64,000 bases of DNA from Bdellovibrionales bacterium (GTDB lineage Bacteria; Bdellovibrionota; Bdellovibrionia; Bdellovibrionales; JAUICD01): positions 387,729-451,728 of the forward strand of contig CBDANC010000014.1 in NCBI GenBank assembly GCA_965197425.1. Direction: 5' to 3'. A program made the position numbers and the translations under genes. Under the pieces are notes generated by a model. It had not been told where the DNA came from, searched no databases, and saw only the letters and a program-made list of their open reading frames with translations. Shown here one piece after another: positions 1-9,958 of the stretch. Position 1 is the first letter of the stretch, and each line of letters starts with the position of its first letter.

Positions 1-2412
1 CATACTATATGGAGGCAAAATACAGGCCGAATCACCAGAATGTATCCCGGCTTTTTCTATATGCTCCATAATACCACCTATATATACATCCTCCGTATCA
101 CAAATAGCATCTACATCTATCTCTATAGCATTTTCAAGAAAACTATCTATCAAAATAGGGCCATCTAATATGTTGTCTTTATTTTTTTCCAAATATTTTT
201 TTAAATCACTATCATTATATAGACACTTCATTGCTCTTCCACCTAACACGTTAGATGGCCTTATCAAAACTGGATAGTTTAAACTTTTTATTCTATCTTT
301 AATTTCTAAAACCGAATCACAAACTATGTTTTTAGGTTGATTAAGCTTAAGTTTGGAGAGCATTTGTTGAAATTTAGCTCTATCTTCAGCAAGCTCCATT
401 CCATAACCAGAAGTTCCTATTATAGGAATGTTATATTTTTTAAGATAATTAGATAGTTTTAAGGATGTCTGCCCTCCTAACTGCACAATTATGCCTAAGA
501 GACTGCCCTTTGACTTTTCTCTTTTAATAATTTCCAACACATGTTCGGAAGTTAAAGCCTCTACATATAATTTGTTTGGAATGTCATAATCTGTGGAGAC
601 AGTCTCTGGATTGGAGTTTATCATAATCGCTTCAATGCCAAGTCGTTTAAGAGCATTGATAGCTTGTACACAAATATAGTCAAATTCAATGCCCTGACCA
701 ATTCTATTTGGACCACTTCCTATGATAATAATTTTTTTGCTATCAGAAGGCTTAGACTCACACTCTGGACCATTAAAAAAATTTTGTTCATAACAAGAAT
801 ATAAATAAGGTGTAGTTGAAGAAAATTCAGCAGCACAAGTATCAATCATCTTATAAACTGGAGTTATTTTTAAACTACTCCTAAGATCAGAAACTTCCTG
901 TAGCTTTAGCCCGGACAATCTAGCAATCACTTTGTCAGTAAATCCCGCTTGTTTTACCTTTAATAAAACATTTTTATCTGTTATTTTGTTTTTCTTAATC
1001 TCATCTTCTAATTTTATTAAACTTTCTAACTGCCTTAAAAACCATTTGTCTATTTTTGTTAACTTATATATTTCATTTACTGTTATTTTTTTTCTTAAAG
1101 CACATACTATTATAAATAATCTGTCGTTATAGTAGTGTTCTAACTTCGAAAGAAGTTCTGATTTTGATAGATTTAACAAATCACTTTTAAAAAAAGGTTC
1201 GCCTGTTTCTTCTAAAGCTGCAATAGCTTTGTTTAGGCTTTCCAAAAAACTCCTTCCTATGCCTATTACCTCTCCCACAGATTGCATAGAGGTGGTCAAA
1301 ACTTCTCTTTTTCTTTCAAACTTTTCAAAATTAAATTTTGGCATTTTAGTAACCACATAATCTAATGTTGGTTCAAATGAAGCAGGTGTTATTTTGGTAA
1401 TATCATTTTTTATTTCGTCTAAACTATACCCTATGGAAAGAAGAGTGCTGACTTTTGCAATGGGGAACCCGGTAACCTTAGATGCTAGTGCAGATGATCT
1501 AGAAACTCTTGGGTTCATTTCTATTACCATAAATTTATCACTCTCAGGATCTATGGCAAACTGTACATTCGCTCCTCCTTCAACTTCTATTTTATTCATT
1601 ATATCTATAGCTGCGGATCTTATATTTTGATATTGCTTATCTGTTAAAGTTAAAATTGGAGAAACAGTTATGCTATCCCCAGTATGAATTCCCATCGGAT
1701 CTATATTTTCTATCGAACATACTATTATACAGTTACTATTTTTATCCCTAATAACCTCTAATTCACATTCTTTCCAGCCCAAAACCGACCCGTCAATTAA
1801 AATTTGAGTACTAGGAGATGATTCAAGGCCATGCTGTACTATGATTTTATATTCCTCTATATTTCTAGCAATTCCTCCTCCTCTTCCTCCCAATGTAAAT
1901 GACGGTCTTATTATTGCGGGCAAGCCTATCTCTTTTAATGCTCTCATGGCTTCATCCATAGATGAGGCTATAGCGTTTTTGGGAGCATTGAGGCCCATAG
2001 ACTTAATTAGCTTGGAAAACTCTTTTCTATCTTCTGCTTTTTGAATTGCCTTGTACGATGCACCTATCATCCTTACATTGTGTTTATCTAAAATTTTTCT
2101 TTTGTAGAGTTCCAGCCCACAGTTTAATGCTGTTTGCCCCCCAACAGTACTAAGTATTGCATCTGGTTTTTCTTTGATTATTATTTTTTCGATTACTTCA
2201 CAAGTTATAGGTTCAATGTATGTGGCATCTGCCATTTCAGGATCAGTCATAATTGTAGCAGGATTGGAATTTAACAAAATTATCCTAAGTCCTTCATCTT
2301 TTAAAACTCTAATGGCTTGTGTACCTGAATAATCAAATTCACATGCTTGTCCTATAACAATAGGCCCTGATCCTATAACCAATACCGATGAAATATCTGA
2401 TCTTCTGGCCAC
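1..2412 (-). CDS. carB: Carbamoyl-phosphate synthase large subunit (3' part runs off the window start)
   Basis: Not in the ORF track. Translated by hand from GTG 2412-2410: [33 protein letters not shown], then [29 protein letters not shown] and [10 protein letters not shown]. Abuts the carA stop. Confidence 0.97.
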   Translation of the reverse strand, partial: MARRSDISSVLVIGSGPIVIGQACEFDYSGTQAIRVLKDEGLRIILLNSNPATIMTDPEMADATYIEPITCEVIEKIIIKEKPDAILSTVGGQTALNCGLELYKRKILDKHNVRMIGASYKAIQKAEDRKEFSKLIKSMGLNAPKNAIASSMDEAMRALKEIGLPAIIRPSFTLGGRGGGIARNIEEYKIIVQHGLESSPSTQILIDGSVLGWKECELEVIRDKNSNCIIVCSIENIDPMGIHTGDSITVSPILTLTDKQYQNIRSAAIDIMNKIEVEGGANVQFAIDPESDKFMVIEMNPRVSRSSALASKVTGFPIAKVSTLLSIGYSLDEIKNDITKITPASFEPTLDYVVTKMPKFNFEKFERKREVLTTSMQSVGEVIGIGRSFLESLNKAIAALEETGEPFFKSDLLNLSKSELLSKLEHYYNDRLFIIVCALRKKITVNEIYKLTKIDKWFLRQLESLIKLEDEIKKNKITDKNVLLKVKQAGFTDKVIARLSGLKLQEVSDLRSSLKITPVYKMIDTCAAEFSSTTPYLYSCYEQNFFNGPECESKPSDSKKIIIIGSGPNRIGQGIEFDYICVQAINALKRLGIEAIMINSNPETVSTDYDIPNKLYVEALTSEHVLEIIKREKSKGSLLGIIVQLGGQTSLKLSNYLKKYNIPIIGTSGYGMELAEDRAKFQQMLSKLKLNQPKNIVCDSVLEIKDRIKSLNYPVLIRPSNVLGGRAMKCLYNDSDLKKYLEKNKDNILDGPILIDSFLENAIEIDVDAICDTEDVYIGGIMEHIEKAGIHSGDSACILPPYSM

Positions 2413-3534
2413 CTATCTGTCCACCATTCGATAAAACTCCTTGAATAAATAGTGGCTATCATGAGGCCCAGGCGAAGCTTCAGGATGATATTGTAATCCA
2501 AAAACTAATCCATCTTTTCTTCTAATACCCTCTATTGTATTATCAAATAAAGATTCATGAGTGATCTCTATATTGTTTGGCACAACTTCTCTTGAAACAC
2601 AAAAGCCATGGTTTTGTGTAGTTATTTCTACTAACCCTGTCTTTAGATTTTTAACAGGATGATTGGACCCTCTGTGACCTTTATACAATTTAAGTGTTCC
2701 AAGACCACATGCTAGCGCTATTAATTGATTACCTAAGCAAATTCCAAACACCGGAATTCCAGAGGCTATTAACTTTCTTATAGCATGTCCTATTATTTCA
2801 AACGTGGCAAAAGGATCTCCAGGTCCATTGGATAAAAAAATACCATCTGGTTTTAAGCTCATAATATCTTCAAATGAAGATTTAGCAGAAACCACTGTTA
2901 AATTAAAACCAACTTTAGACAGATTATTTAAAATGGTTTTCTTTACTCCATAGTCTATTACTACAACATGATATTTACTTGAGCCTCGTTTGATTTGATA
3001 AGGAGTTTTGGTGGAAATGCTCATTGTTAGATCTTTTCCTAACAAAGTTTCTAAGTTGGAAACCTTATTATATATTTTGTCCAAATCAATTGTCTGTCCC
3101 ACATCAAAGGGGCAAACTATAGATGCCTTTGCGCCTTTGTCTCTTATTTTTCTAGTAATAGCCCTTGTGTCTACATTTGAGATGCCAGAAACATCATGCT
3201 TTATAAGCCAGTTGTTTAAAGAAGATTCAGAAATATAATTAGTAGGAGCAGTAGGATGTTCTCTTATCACCAAACCACTGCAATAAACTTTTTTAGATTC
3301 ATAGTCTTTATTGTTACACCCAACAATGCCTATGTGTGGAAAGGTAAATACAATAATTTGTCCAAAATATGATGGGTCAGTTAATATCTCCTGATACCCT
3401 GTCATAGAAACATTAAAACATACCTCTCCTGAAACTTCTTTTCTTGCACCAAGCCCCAGCCCTATCCAAAAACATCCACTCGAAAGCATAAACACAGCGT
3501 TGTGATGTTCTGTGGCTTTGAATTTTCTTAACAT
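2413..3534 (-). CDS. carA: Carbamoyl-phosphate synthase small (glutaminase) subunit
   Basis: MTGYQEILTDPSY, LSNGPGDP, GICLG nucleophile, QNHGF and QYHPEASPGPHD motifs. Confidence 0.98.
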   Translation of the reverse strand: MLRKFKATEHHNAVFMLSSGCFWIGLGLGARKEVSGEVCFNVSMTGYQEILTDPSYFGQIIVFTFPHIGIVGCNNKDYESKKVYCSGLVIREHPTAPTNYISESSLNNWLIKHDVSGISNVDTRAITRKIRDKGAKASIVCPFDVGQTIDLDKIYNKVSNLETLLGKDLTMSISTKTPYQIKRGSSKYHVVVIDYGVKKTILNNLSKVGFNLTVVSAKSSFEDIMSLKPDGIFLSNGPGDPFATFEIIGHAIRKLIASGIPVFGICLGNQLIALACGLGTLKLYKGHRGSNHPVKNLKTGLVEITTQNHGFCVSREVVPNNIEITHESLFDNTIEGIRRKDGLVFGLQYHPEASPGPHDSHYLFKEFYRMVDR

Positions 3535-3550
3535 GCTCTAAAAATATTTT

Positions 3551-3626
3551 TGGTAGGGCCAGCCGGGTTCGAACCGACGACATCCACCTTGTAAGGGTGG
3601 CGCTCTACCAGCTGAGCTATGGCCCT
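3551..3626 (-). tRNA. tRNA-Val(TAC)
   Basis: 76 nt. Acceptor AGGGCCA/TGGCCCT-A-CCA, anticodon arm CCACC-CTTACAA-GGTGG, T-loop GTTCGAA. Confidence 0.97.
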
Positions 3627-3696
3627 TAGTTTACAGAAAAATATAGAAGTAAATAAGCTACATTGTCCATAAAAAAGTTTTTTTAAACATGAACAT

Positions 3697-3731
3697 AAAA
3701 AAAGCATCAGGTAAGGGCAACCTGATGCTTT
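3697..3731 (-). terminator. Rho-independent terminator of the 3756..4241 gene
   Basis: 12-bp inverted repeat AAAGCATCAGGT/ACCTGATGCTTT with a 7-nt loop and a U-run on the minus strand (A7 at 3697-3703). Confidence 0.85.
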
Positions 3732-3755
3732 AGGGGCTTAGGGGTTGGTTGATTA

Positions 3756-4241
3756 CTAGTTGTAAAAAATATCTTTAGATTTAATAAATTCATTGTTTAT
3801 AGTGTCAAACTTGTAGATAGCAACTTTGGCTGTAAGGTGAGAATCATATCCTGGAACTATCACTTCCAATTTACCATCTTGATCCACATCATCAAATGCC
3901 AAGTTAGTTGAAACACCTTTAAAGTTAAAATATGCGTCTTTAGTTAAGTCTTCTAGAGAAAACCTACTTATTAAAACAGGAGCATCAGAATATGAAATAT
4001 TAGAATAAACTTCCAATATAAGATTGTTGTTTTCCATTATCTTTAACGCTTTTACTCTAGTGTTGTTATGCAAAATATACCCAGTAGCTGAAGAGAGAAC
4101 CTTTCTGCTCTTATATACTTTACTTTTTACATAATTTCTAATATCTGAATTCATAGCACACAAAGTACTGGCCACAAGAAATGTGAATATTGATAACATG
4201 ACAGAAAATTTTAATATTGTCTTTTTATTTGGTTTTTTCAT
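3756..4241 (-). CDS. Membrane-anchored or exported hypothetical protein with a single FG-GAP/VCBS-like Ca-binding motif
   Basis: Basic N-terminus plus hydrophobic segment; DVDQDGKLEVIV motif; GGGGG RBS; followed by a terminator. Confidence 0.75.
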   Translation of the reverse strand: MKKPNKKTILKFSVMLSIFTFLVASTLCAMNSDIRNYVKSKVYKSRKVLSSATGYILHNNTRVKALKIMENNNLILEVYSNISYSDAPVLISRFSLEDLTKDAYFNFKGVSTNLAFDDVDQDGKLEVIVPGYDSHLTAKVAIYKFDTINNEFIKSKDIFYN

Positions 4242-4269
4242 AAAGCCCCCTTTAGCTTAATGTTTTATA

Positions 4270-4416
4270 TTATACCTTTAAACCTTTTTTCAATTTAGGA
4301 AGAGACAAACAACGCTTCACATGCCAAGGTAACCTAACTAAATGCAGCCTATTTACACTTCTATATTTCCACTGCTTTACGGTAAACATAATCAGATTTG
4401 CTATTTCAATTGCCAT
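4270..4416 (-). CDS. Putative small basic protein (48 aa)
   Basis: MAIEIANLIMFTVKQWKYRSVNRLHLVRLPWHVKRCLSLPKLKKGLKV*, preceded by a GGAAGGAG SD and a sigma54-like site. No family recognised. Confidence 0.35.
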   Translation of the reverse strand: MAIEIANLIMFTVKQWKYRSVNRLHLVRLPWHVKRCLSLPKLKKGLKV

Positions 4417-4442
4417 TTTATCTCCTTCCAGCCTATAATAAG

Positions 4443-4458
4443 TACAATCTTCGTGCCA
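4443..4458 (-). promoter_or_regulatory. sigma54 (RpoN)-like -24/-12 element
   Basis: TGGCACG-AAGA-TTGTA versus consensus TGGCACG-N4-TTGCW. The single mismatch is at the conserved -12 C. Confidence 0.4.
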
Positions 4459-4684
4459 AACTCATATTTTAGATAATTCCCAATAATTTCAGAGTGTTAT
4501 AATAAATCAGTCCACATGCAAAAATTGTCCACCGTTTTGGGCAGTTTTAGATAAATTTACCAAATTTATCAGCTTAACTAATTGAAATTATTGCAGTTTT
4601 TAATGGAATGTATTTTTAGTTTACAACTGTAAAGATTGTGTACAAGTTTGTTACTTAAGTTTGGGGTGGTGGGTTTTGAATTTC

Positions 4685-5437
4685 CTAGAATTTATCCGCG
4701 TTTAAAGGAAGGCCGCATACTTGTTTGTCTTCATCAGACATATTTAAATAAAATTCCTTTGCCTCTTCAAGGTCTTTATCTTTTATTTTGCTAGAAGTTC
4801 TAAAGAAAGTTCTAAGCACTGAGACATTTTTTCTCCATAGATTTATTTTTTCATGATTTCCCTCTAATAGGACTTTGGGGGTCTTAAGGCCAAAAAAGGT
4901 TCTGGGTCTTGTAAACAAAGGGGCTTCTAATAGATTGTCTTTGGCAAAAGAATCTTTGCACCCAGATTCTGGGTTTCCTAGTACATTTTTTTGAAATCTG
5001 GTAACCGCCTCCATCACTACCATAGAAGCTAGTTCCCCTCCACTTAGAATATAGTCTCCTATTGAAAGCTCCATATTGATATTTTGTAAAACTCTTTCAT
5101 CAACCCCAGCATATCTTCCACAAATAAAAATTATTTGATCAAGCACAGCCAGGTCTCTAGCAATTCTGTCGGTAAACTTAACCCCCTGAGGAGTCAGATG
5201 AATAGATATAGAGTTTGGTTTTTTTTCTATAGAATCCAAAGCTCTGCTCACTACCTCTGGTAGAAAAACCATCCCATCTCCTCCACCAAATGGCCTGTCA
5301 TCTACTCCTTTATACTTTTTATCAACAAACTTTCTAAGATCCACAGTGTTTACGCTATTACAGGCGCGTTTTATTACTCCAATTTTAGGAAAGTTAGTTA
5401 TTAATTCTGGGAAAATAGTTACAATATCAAATCTCAT
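4685..5437 (-). CDS. trmD: tRNA (guanine37-N1)-methyltransferase
   Basis: VDDRPFGGGDGMV, ICGRYAGVDER and SIGDYILSGGE motifs; follows rimM. Confidence 0.97.
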   Translation of the reverse strand: MRFDIVTIFPELITNFPKIGVIKRACNSVNTVDLRKFVDKKYKGVDDRPFGGGDGMVFLPEVVSRALDSIEKKPNSISIHLTPQGVKFTDRIARDLAVLDQIIFICGRYAGVDERVLQNINMELSIGDYILSGGELASMVVMEAVTRFQKNVLGNPESGCKDSFAKDNLLEAPLFTRPRTFFGLKTPKVLLEGNHEKINLWRKNVSVLRTFFRTSSKIKDKDLEEAKEFYLNMSDEDKQVCGLPLNADKF

Positions 5438-6047
5438 ATAGCCCCTTAGGCAGATTCATAATTATTTCTTTGTTCTTCCAATCAATGTTTTTAATAAACT
5501 CATCTACAAAAGGAATCTCAGTGCTATTTGATACTACAATTCCATGTGCATTATTATGGTATACACTTTTTATTTTCCCTAATTTTTGATCATTATCATA
5601 TAACACAAACCCAACCACCTCTGTAAGATATAAACTTTTTTTTAAGGCGTAATTGGAAAAGATAAAACCTCCCACAATACTCTCTGCCATCTCTCTGGTA
5701 TTACAGTCCTCTGCTGTTACTAAAATTCCATTTTTATGTTTTTTTAACTCTAAAACTTTGAAAGGACTTTTTAAATAAGAAAGTTTAATTGATTTTGAAA
5801 CCACACAAGAAGTTTTAAATTGCAAATTATCTATAAAAGCTAAAAAGTCAGGGTTAATAAGCTTAGCAAACATAAGCCCTTTAATACCAAACGGTCTTAA
5901 GATTTCTGCTACCTGTACTACAGGAGATACACTAGAGGATAAAGACACTTTATTATTTACAGTATTTCTAGTGCTAGTGTTTGATATGTTGCCATGGGAA
6001 AATTTAGTTTTTATAGATACAATTTTTTTACTAGATTGTCTATGCAT
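5427..6047 (-). CDS. rimM: Ribosome maturation factor RimM (true start may lie further downstream)
   Basis: AEILRPFGIKG N-domain; PRC barrel with IPFVDEFIKNID; position between khpA and trmD. Confidence 0.88.
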   Translation of the reverse strand: MHRQSSKKIVSIKTKFSHGNISNTSTRNTVNNKVSLSSSVSPVVQVAEILRPFGIKGLMFAKLINPDFLAFIDNLQFKTSCVVSKSIKLSYLKSPFKVLELKKHKNGILVTAEDCNTREMAESIVGGFIFSNYALKKSLYLTEVVGFVLYDNDQKLGKIKSVYHNNAHGIVVSNSTEIPFVDEFIKNIDWKNKEIIMNLPKGLYEI

Positions 6048-6158
6048 TAGCTATAGTGTGGTTTCGTTACTATAAAAAACAAAAAATAGGGCAAGCTTAC
6101 TATTTTTAACGATTAAACCAACAGGTCTATTGTTAGAACTTGCTATTCTGTAGATTTA

Positions 6159-6404
6159 TTATTCTACAATTTCCAAAACGCTTCGTTTTTGCATTTTGGT
6201 GCCAGCAGCATTTAACACAGTCCTCATAGCCCTTGCTGTACGACCCTGTTTGCCAATAACCTTACCTAAATCCTCTTTTGATACCTTAAGCTCAATTACG
6301 GTCGTCTGCTCACTGGCCACCTCATTGACCTCAACCTGATCAGGGTTATCCACCAGTGATTTCGCCATAAATTCCACTAAGTCCTTCAAGTTTGTGTAGT
6401 CCAT
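6159..6404 (-). CDS. khpA: KH-domain RNA-binding protein KhpA
   Basis: LVDNPDQV and [17 protein letters not shown]; 81 aa; follows rpsP. Confidence 0.95.
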   Translation of the reverse strand: MDYTNLKDLVEFMAKSLVDNPDQVEVNEVASEQTTVIELKVSKEDLGKVIGKQGRTARAMRTVLNAAGTKMQKRSVLEIVE

Positions 6405-6492
6405 AACCTATCTCCCTCGCCTGCATCTATGTCCATATTAACTTTGTTATTTTTGTCTTTCCCAACAACAAAACCTATTTTAATAAGTAAAA

Positions 6493-6726
6493 TTAAGTCT
6501 TCATCAATTTAAGCAATCTTACAGAAGGCTTAGCTCCCCTGGATATCCAATATCCAATTCTATCGGTATCCAATGATAGTTTTTTTTGATCACCCCTAGG
6601 TGTAGGAATATACCGGCCCAAAACCTCTATAAATCTGCCATCTCTCCATCTGCGTCCGTCAGCAACCACAACCCTATACCTGGGGTCTTTTTTGCTCCCA
6701 CCTCTAGATAGCCTTATCCTAACCAT
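6493..6726 (-). CDS. rpsP: 30S ribosomal protein S16
   Basis: MVRIRLSRGGSKKDPRYRVVVAD...RDGRFIEVLG...WISRGAKPS. Confidence 0.97.
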   Translation of the reverse strand: MVRIRLSRGGSKKDPRYRVVVADGRRWRDGRFIEVLGRYIPTPRGDQKKLSLDTDRIGYWISRGAKPSVRLLKLMKT

Positions 6727-7017
6727 GCTCTATCCTCTGTTTTCGGCATTTTGCCTATCCATATGCCTATCCACACCTATTAGTTTGCTTATACCATATA
6801 TTTTGGTAGTACATATAAATATAAATTCGCACCCTACAATTTTATAAGCTCGCTCAAGGTTTTAGGCTTTAAAATCAGTTGAGATGCACAAACCAGGTTC
6901 AAAATGGTCGAAAAAGGTATATTTGTCTATATAAATCTATTGATATATAAAAATTAACTGTAATTCTAGTCTTGTTTTTGAACATGGTTGGAACATTTTG
7001 GGAGTTTTTCTAAAAGA

Positions 7018-7887
7018 TTACCACCTACTAAAGGATCCTCTTTTGAATTGGTGACAGCTCGTAAAAACAAAGACAAACATAAATATCACAGATAAAACCA
7101 GGCACGTTCTCCAATCTAAGTCGCTAGTGCCTAAAAATCCATACCTCACACCGTTTACGAAATACAAAAGCGGGTTTAACTTAGATATACCCTGCCAAAA
7201 AGGATGAAGAGACTCTATGGAATAAAATACCCCTCCTAAATATAATAGCGGCAACAACACAAAGCCCCCAACTGCATTTACATATTCAAACCCTTTAGCC
7301 CAAAAACCTATAGTAACCCCAATGAATCCGAATGCCATACCTCCTAAAGACAAAAACAACAAGAAAAGCAGAGGATTATATATTTTCAAAATCTCATCAT
7401 TTATAAAATAATAAAAAATCTCACAGGTAATAAGAGTTACTGTTGCAACCGAAAATCCCCTAACTAAACCGCCTAGCCCCAAAGCAAAAACTAGTTTGTA
7501 GTCAGAAATTGGTATTAATTTCCAATCTTGAATATCTCCATGAAACTTAGATGTAACAATAGAACCAGAACAGTTCTGAAAAGCATTATTCAAAGCAGAC
7601 ATCATTATAAGGCCTGGAATTAAAAACTCAAGATAACTAATCCCACTTTCCAAAGTAACACTTTTACCTAAACTTACTCCAAAAATTAACAAATACAATG
7701 TACTCTGAATCAAGGGACTAAACAAAGTCTGCCCTCTTACCTTCCAAAACCTGCGTATCTCTTTAAACCAAAATTGCAAAAAAGGAATAGTAGCTAAGTT
7801 TCTTTTTTCTAGTAAAGTTGGTTTTGGAATTTTTATGCTATCTAAAGCAGACATATTCTTCCCATCAAACATTTTTCTTGCCCACAA
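7018..7887 (-). CDS. ABC-2 type exporter permease (YadH-like); likely start ATG 7854
   Basis: KEIRRFWKV, YLEFLIPGLIMM, LGGVFYSI..L..FWQ, NPLLYFVNGVRYGF; about six TM segments. Confidence 0.9.
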   Translation of the reverse strand: MWARKMFDGKNMSALDSIKIPKPTLLEKRNLATIPFLQFWFKEIRRFWKVRGQTLFSPLIQSTLYLLIFGVSLGKSVTLESGISYLEFLIPGLIMMSALNNAFQNCSGSIVTSKFHGDIQDWKLIPISDYKLVFALGLGGLVRGFSVATVTLITCEIFYYFINDEILKIYNPLLFLLFLSLGGMAFGFIGVTIGFWAKGFEYVNAVGGFVLLPLLYLGGVFYSIESLHPFWQGISKLNPLLYFVNGVRYGFLGTSDLDWRTCLVLSVIFMFVFVFTSCHQFKRGSFSRW

Positions 7888-8767
7888 TTTTTACAAATAC
7901 ATCTTCCAAATCACCTTCCTCAATTCTTAAATCTTGTACATTTTCTAGATCTATTTTTAACTTTGATAAAACTTCAGCAAGACTGTCTTTATATGTCATA
8001 TTAAATGTAAACCAATCATCTTTTTTGTTGGTGATAGAAGGATGATCAGAGAAAAAAGTGGGGGTTTTTAATTTAATTGTTACTTTTCTTAGTGTTAATT
8101 CTTTTATAAGCCTGTGTGTTGGGCCCATTTTTTTTAACTTTCCTAAATCCAAAATTCCAACTCTTTTACACAAATGCTCTGCCTCTTGCAGATAATGGGT
8201 GGTAAGCAAAACACTAATCTTTTCTTCCTCATTTAACCACTTTACTAAATTCCAAAGGGAGTTTTTAAGTTCAATATCTACACCTGCAGTGGGTTCATCT
8301 AAAAGCAAAAGTTTAGGGGCATGAACCAAGGCCTTGGCAATCATAAATCTCCGCTTCATACCGCCGCTAAGCTGAGGAATTTTTTTGTGTCTGTGTTGCC
8401 AAAGATCAAGTCGCTTTAGAAGCGCATCGATCCTTTTGTTGTTGTTTGTTATTCCATAATAACCCGAGACAATGTGCAGCACTTCTTCTAATTTAAAAAA
8501 ACCATGACTCACAATCTCTTGAGGAACAACGCCTATCTGACTTTTAGTAATTTTATCTTCTAAAAATACGCTCTTTCCAAAAACACTAACCTCACCTTGT
8601 AGAGCCCTTTCAAGAGAAGTAATGATAGATACTATTGTGGTTTTTCCAGCGCCATTTGGGCCTAACAAACCAAATATTTCCCCTTTTTCTATATAAAAAG
8701 AAACATCATCAACGGCTTTTAGATCGCCATAATTTTTAACAAGTCCTTTAATCTCTAGTGCATTCAT
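7865..8767 (-). CDS. ABC transporter ATP-binding protein (YadG-like)
   Basis: GPNGAGKT, LSGGMKRR, LLLLDEPTAGVD and TTHY motifs. Confidence 0.93.
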   Translation of the reverse strand: MNALEIKGLVKNYGDLKAVDDVSFYIEKGEIFGLLGPNGAGKTTIVSIITSLERALQGEVSVFGKSVFLEDKITKSQIGVVPQEIVSHGFFKLEEVLHIVSGYYGITNNNKRIDALLKRLDLWQHRHKKIPQLSGGMKRRFMIAKALVHAPKLLLLDEPTAGVDIELKNSLWNLVKWLNEEEKISVLLTTHYLQEAEHLCKRVGILDLGKLKKMGPTHRLIKELTLRKVTIKLKTPTFFSDHPSITNKKDDWFTFNMTYKDSLAEVLSKLKIDLENVQDLRIEEGDLEDVFVKIVGKKNV

Positions 8768-8769
8768 CT

Positions 8770-9663
8770 TTAACAGGGCTGTGCTTTTAAGTGGTATTTA
8801 CAGTTTTTTGAACAAGTTTGATTTTTATGTTGTCCGATACATCTTTTGCACACTTTGGTTAGTTTTTTACATCTTAAACAATTATATTCATCCTCTGCTG
8901 GTTGCCCGCAGTGAGGGCATAGTGTAAATCGTTCGGACTCTTTCATTTTACCATCCAAAGATACCCTGTGATCAAATACAAAGCACTCCCCCTTAAAAAA
9001 TCCGTCCGGGTACTGCTTTAAATAATTTAAGATCCCTCCGTCCAACTGAAAAACTTTATGGCCCCTTTTTTCCAAAGCCACAGATGCCTTTTCACATCTA
9101 ATACCTCCGGTACAAAACACATAAACATTTTTCTTACTAGAAATTTTTAAGCTTTTGAATTTTAAAAGAAATTCCTGAAAGGAATCGATGTCAAGAGTAA
9201 TAGCCTTATCAAAAGTACCCAATTCTGTTTCATACCAGTTCCTAGCATCTAAAACAATATTGTCATCAGAGTTGTGTTCTAAAACTTCGTGCCATTTTTT
9301 AGGAGATAGTTTGTTTTTGTTATCAGGATTTATGTTTTTATCAAAGGTTATAACCTCATCCTTTAACCTAACTTTCATTCTCTTAAATGGCAATTTTGAC
9401 GAATAAGAATCCTTATATAAAAGAGAAGTATTAAGAGCCTTGTTTGTCATGGTCTTAAATTCTTCGATATTATGTGTGTTGCCTGATATTGTGGCGTTTA
9501 TACCTTCATTCGCTAAAAGAATTATCCCTCGCAAATCAAGCTTGGTTGTAGTATGTTTAAAAAAAGGCAAAAGCTTTTTAACTGAAGCCCTATCTTTTTC
9601 AAAAAAAGTATAAAAACTAATAACTTTGTAATCCATAAGATACTTTTGTTTTAACCCTAACAC
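8770..9663 (-). CDS. trhO: Oxygen-dependent tRNA uridine(34) hydroxylase, TrhO/YceA rhodanese family
   Basis: LRGIILLANEGINAT, DARNWYE..LGTF, FCTGGIRCEKAS, LDGGILNYL, CFVFDHR, and a C-terminal Cys cluster. Confidence 0.9.
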   Translation of the reverse strand: MLGLKQKYLMDYKVISFYTFFEKDRASVKKLLPFFKHTTTKLDLRGIILLANEGINATISGNTHNIEEFKTMTNKALNTSLLYKDSYSSKLPFKRMKVRLKDEVITFDKNINPDNKNKLSPKKWHEVLEHNSDDNIVLDARNWYETELGTFDKAITLDIDSFQEFLLKFKSLKISSKKNVYVFCTGGIRCEKASVALEKRGHKVFQLDGGILNYLKQYPDGFFKGECFVFDHRVSLDGKMKESERFTLCPHCGQPAEDEYNCLRCKKLTKVCKRCIGQHKNQTCSKNCKYHLKAQPC

Positions 9664-9958
9664 TCCTGTCTTTTCAATAACAATTTTTAGCCCTCAAGAT
9701 AAAACTCTATAAACAAAAGCATTGGCGGTTTTCTCTATGCTACCTTGAACAAACAATTTACGGAGACTATATGTAAATAAGTAAATTTGTCTCTTCCTCT
9801 TTTACCTTCTTTCTAGACAAAATCTTAAACCTGTGATACAAAGATCTTAACCTTTCGATAGCTCCACAGAACTATTACAATATAGAAATACTAATATACA
9901 AAAAATTGATTAAACCCCTTTAAAAAGAAATATTTTTTAGAATATAAGGAGCAAAAAT

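Noticed and set aside
932..2044. Plus-strand ORFs at 932, 1394 and 1841
   Set aside because: They are antisense shadows of carB. The same applies to the short antisense ORFs over the atp genes, mnmG/mnmE, gyrB, uvrA, pgm, mfd and others.
5920..6047. Ser/Thr-rich N-terminal extension of RimM
   Set aside because: It may only reflect the longest-ORF start call. Nothing supports its translation.
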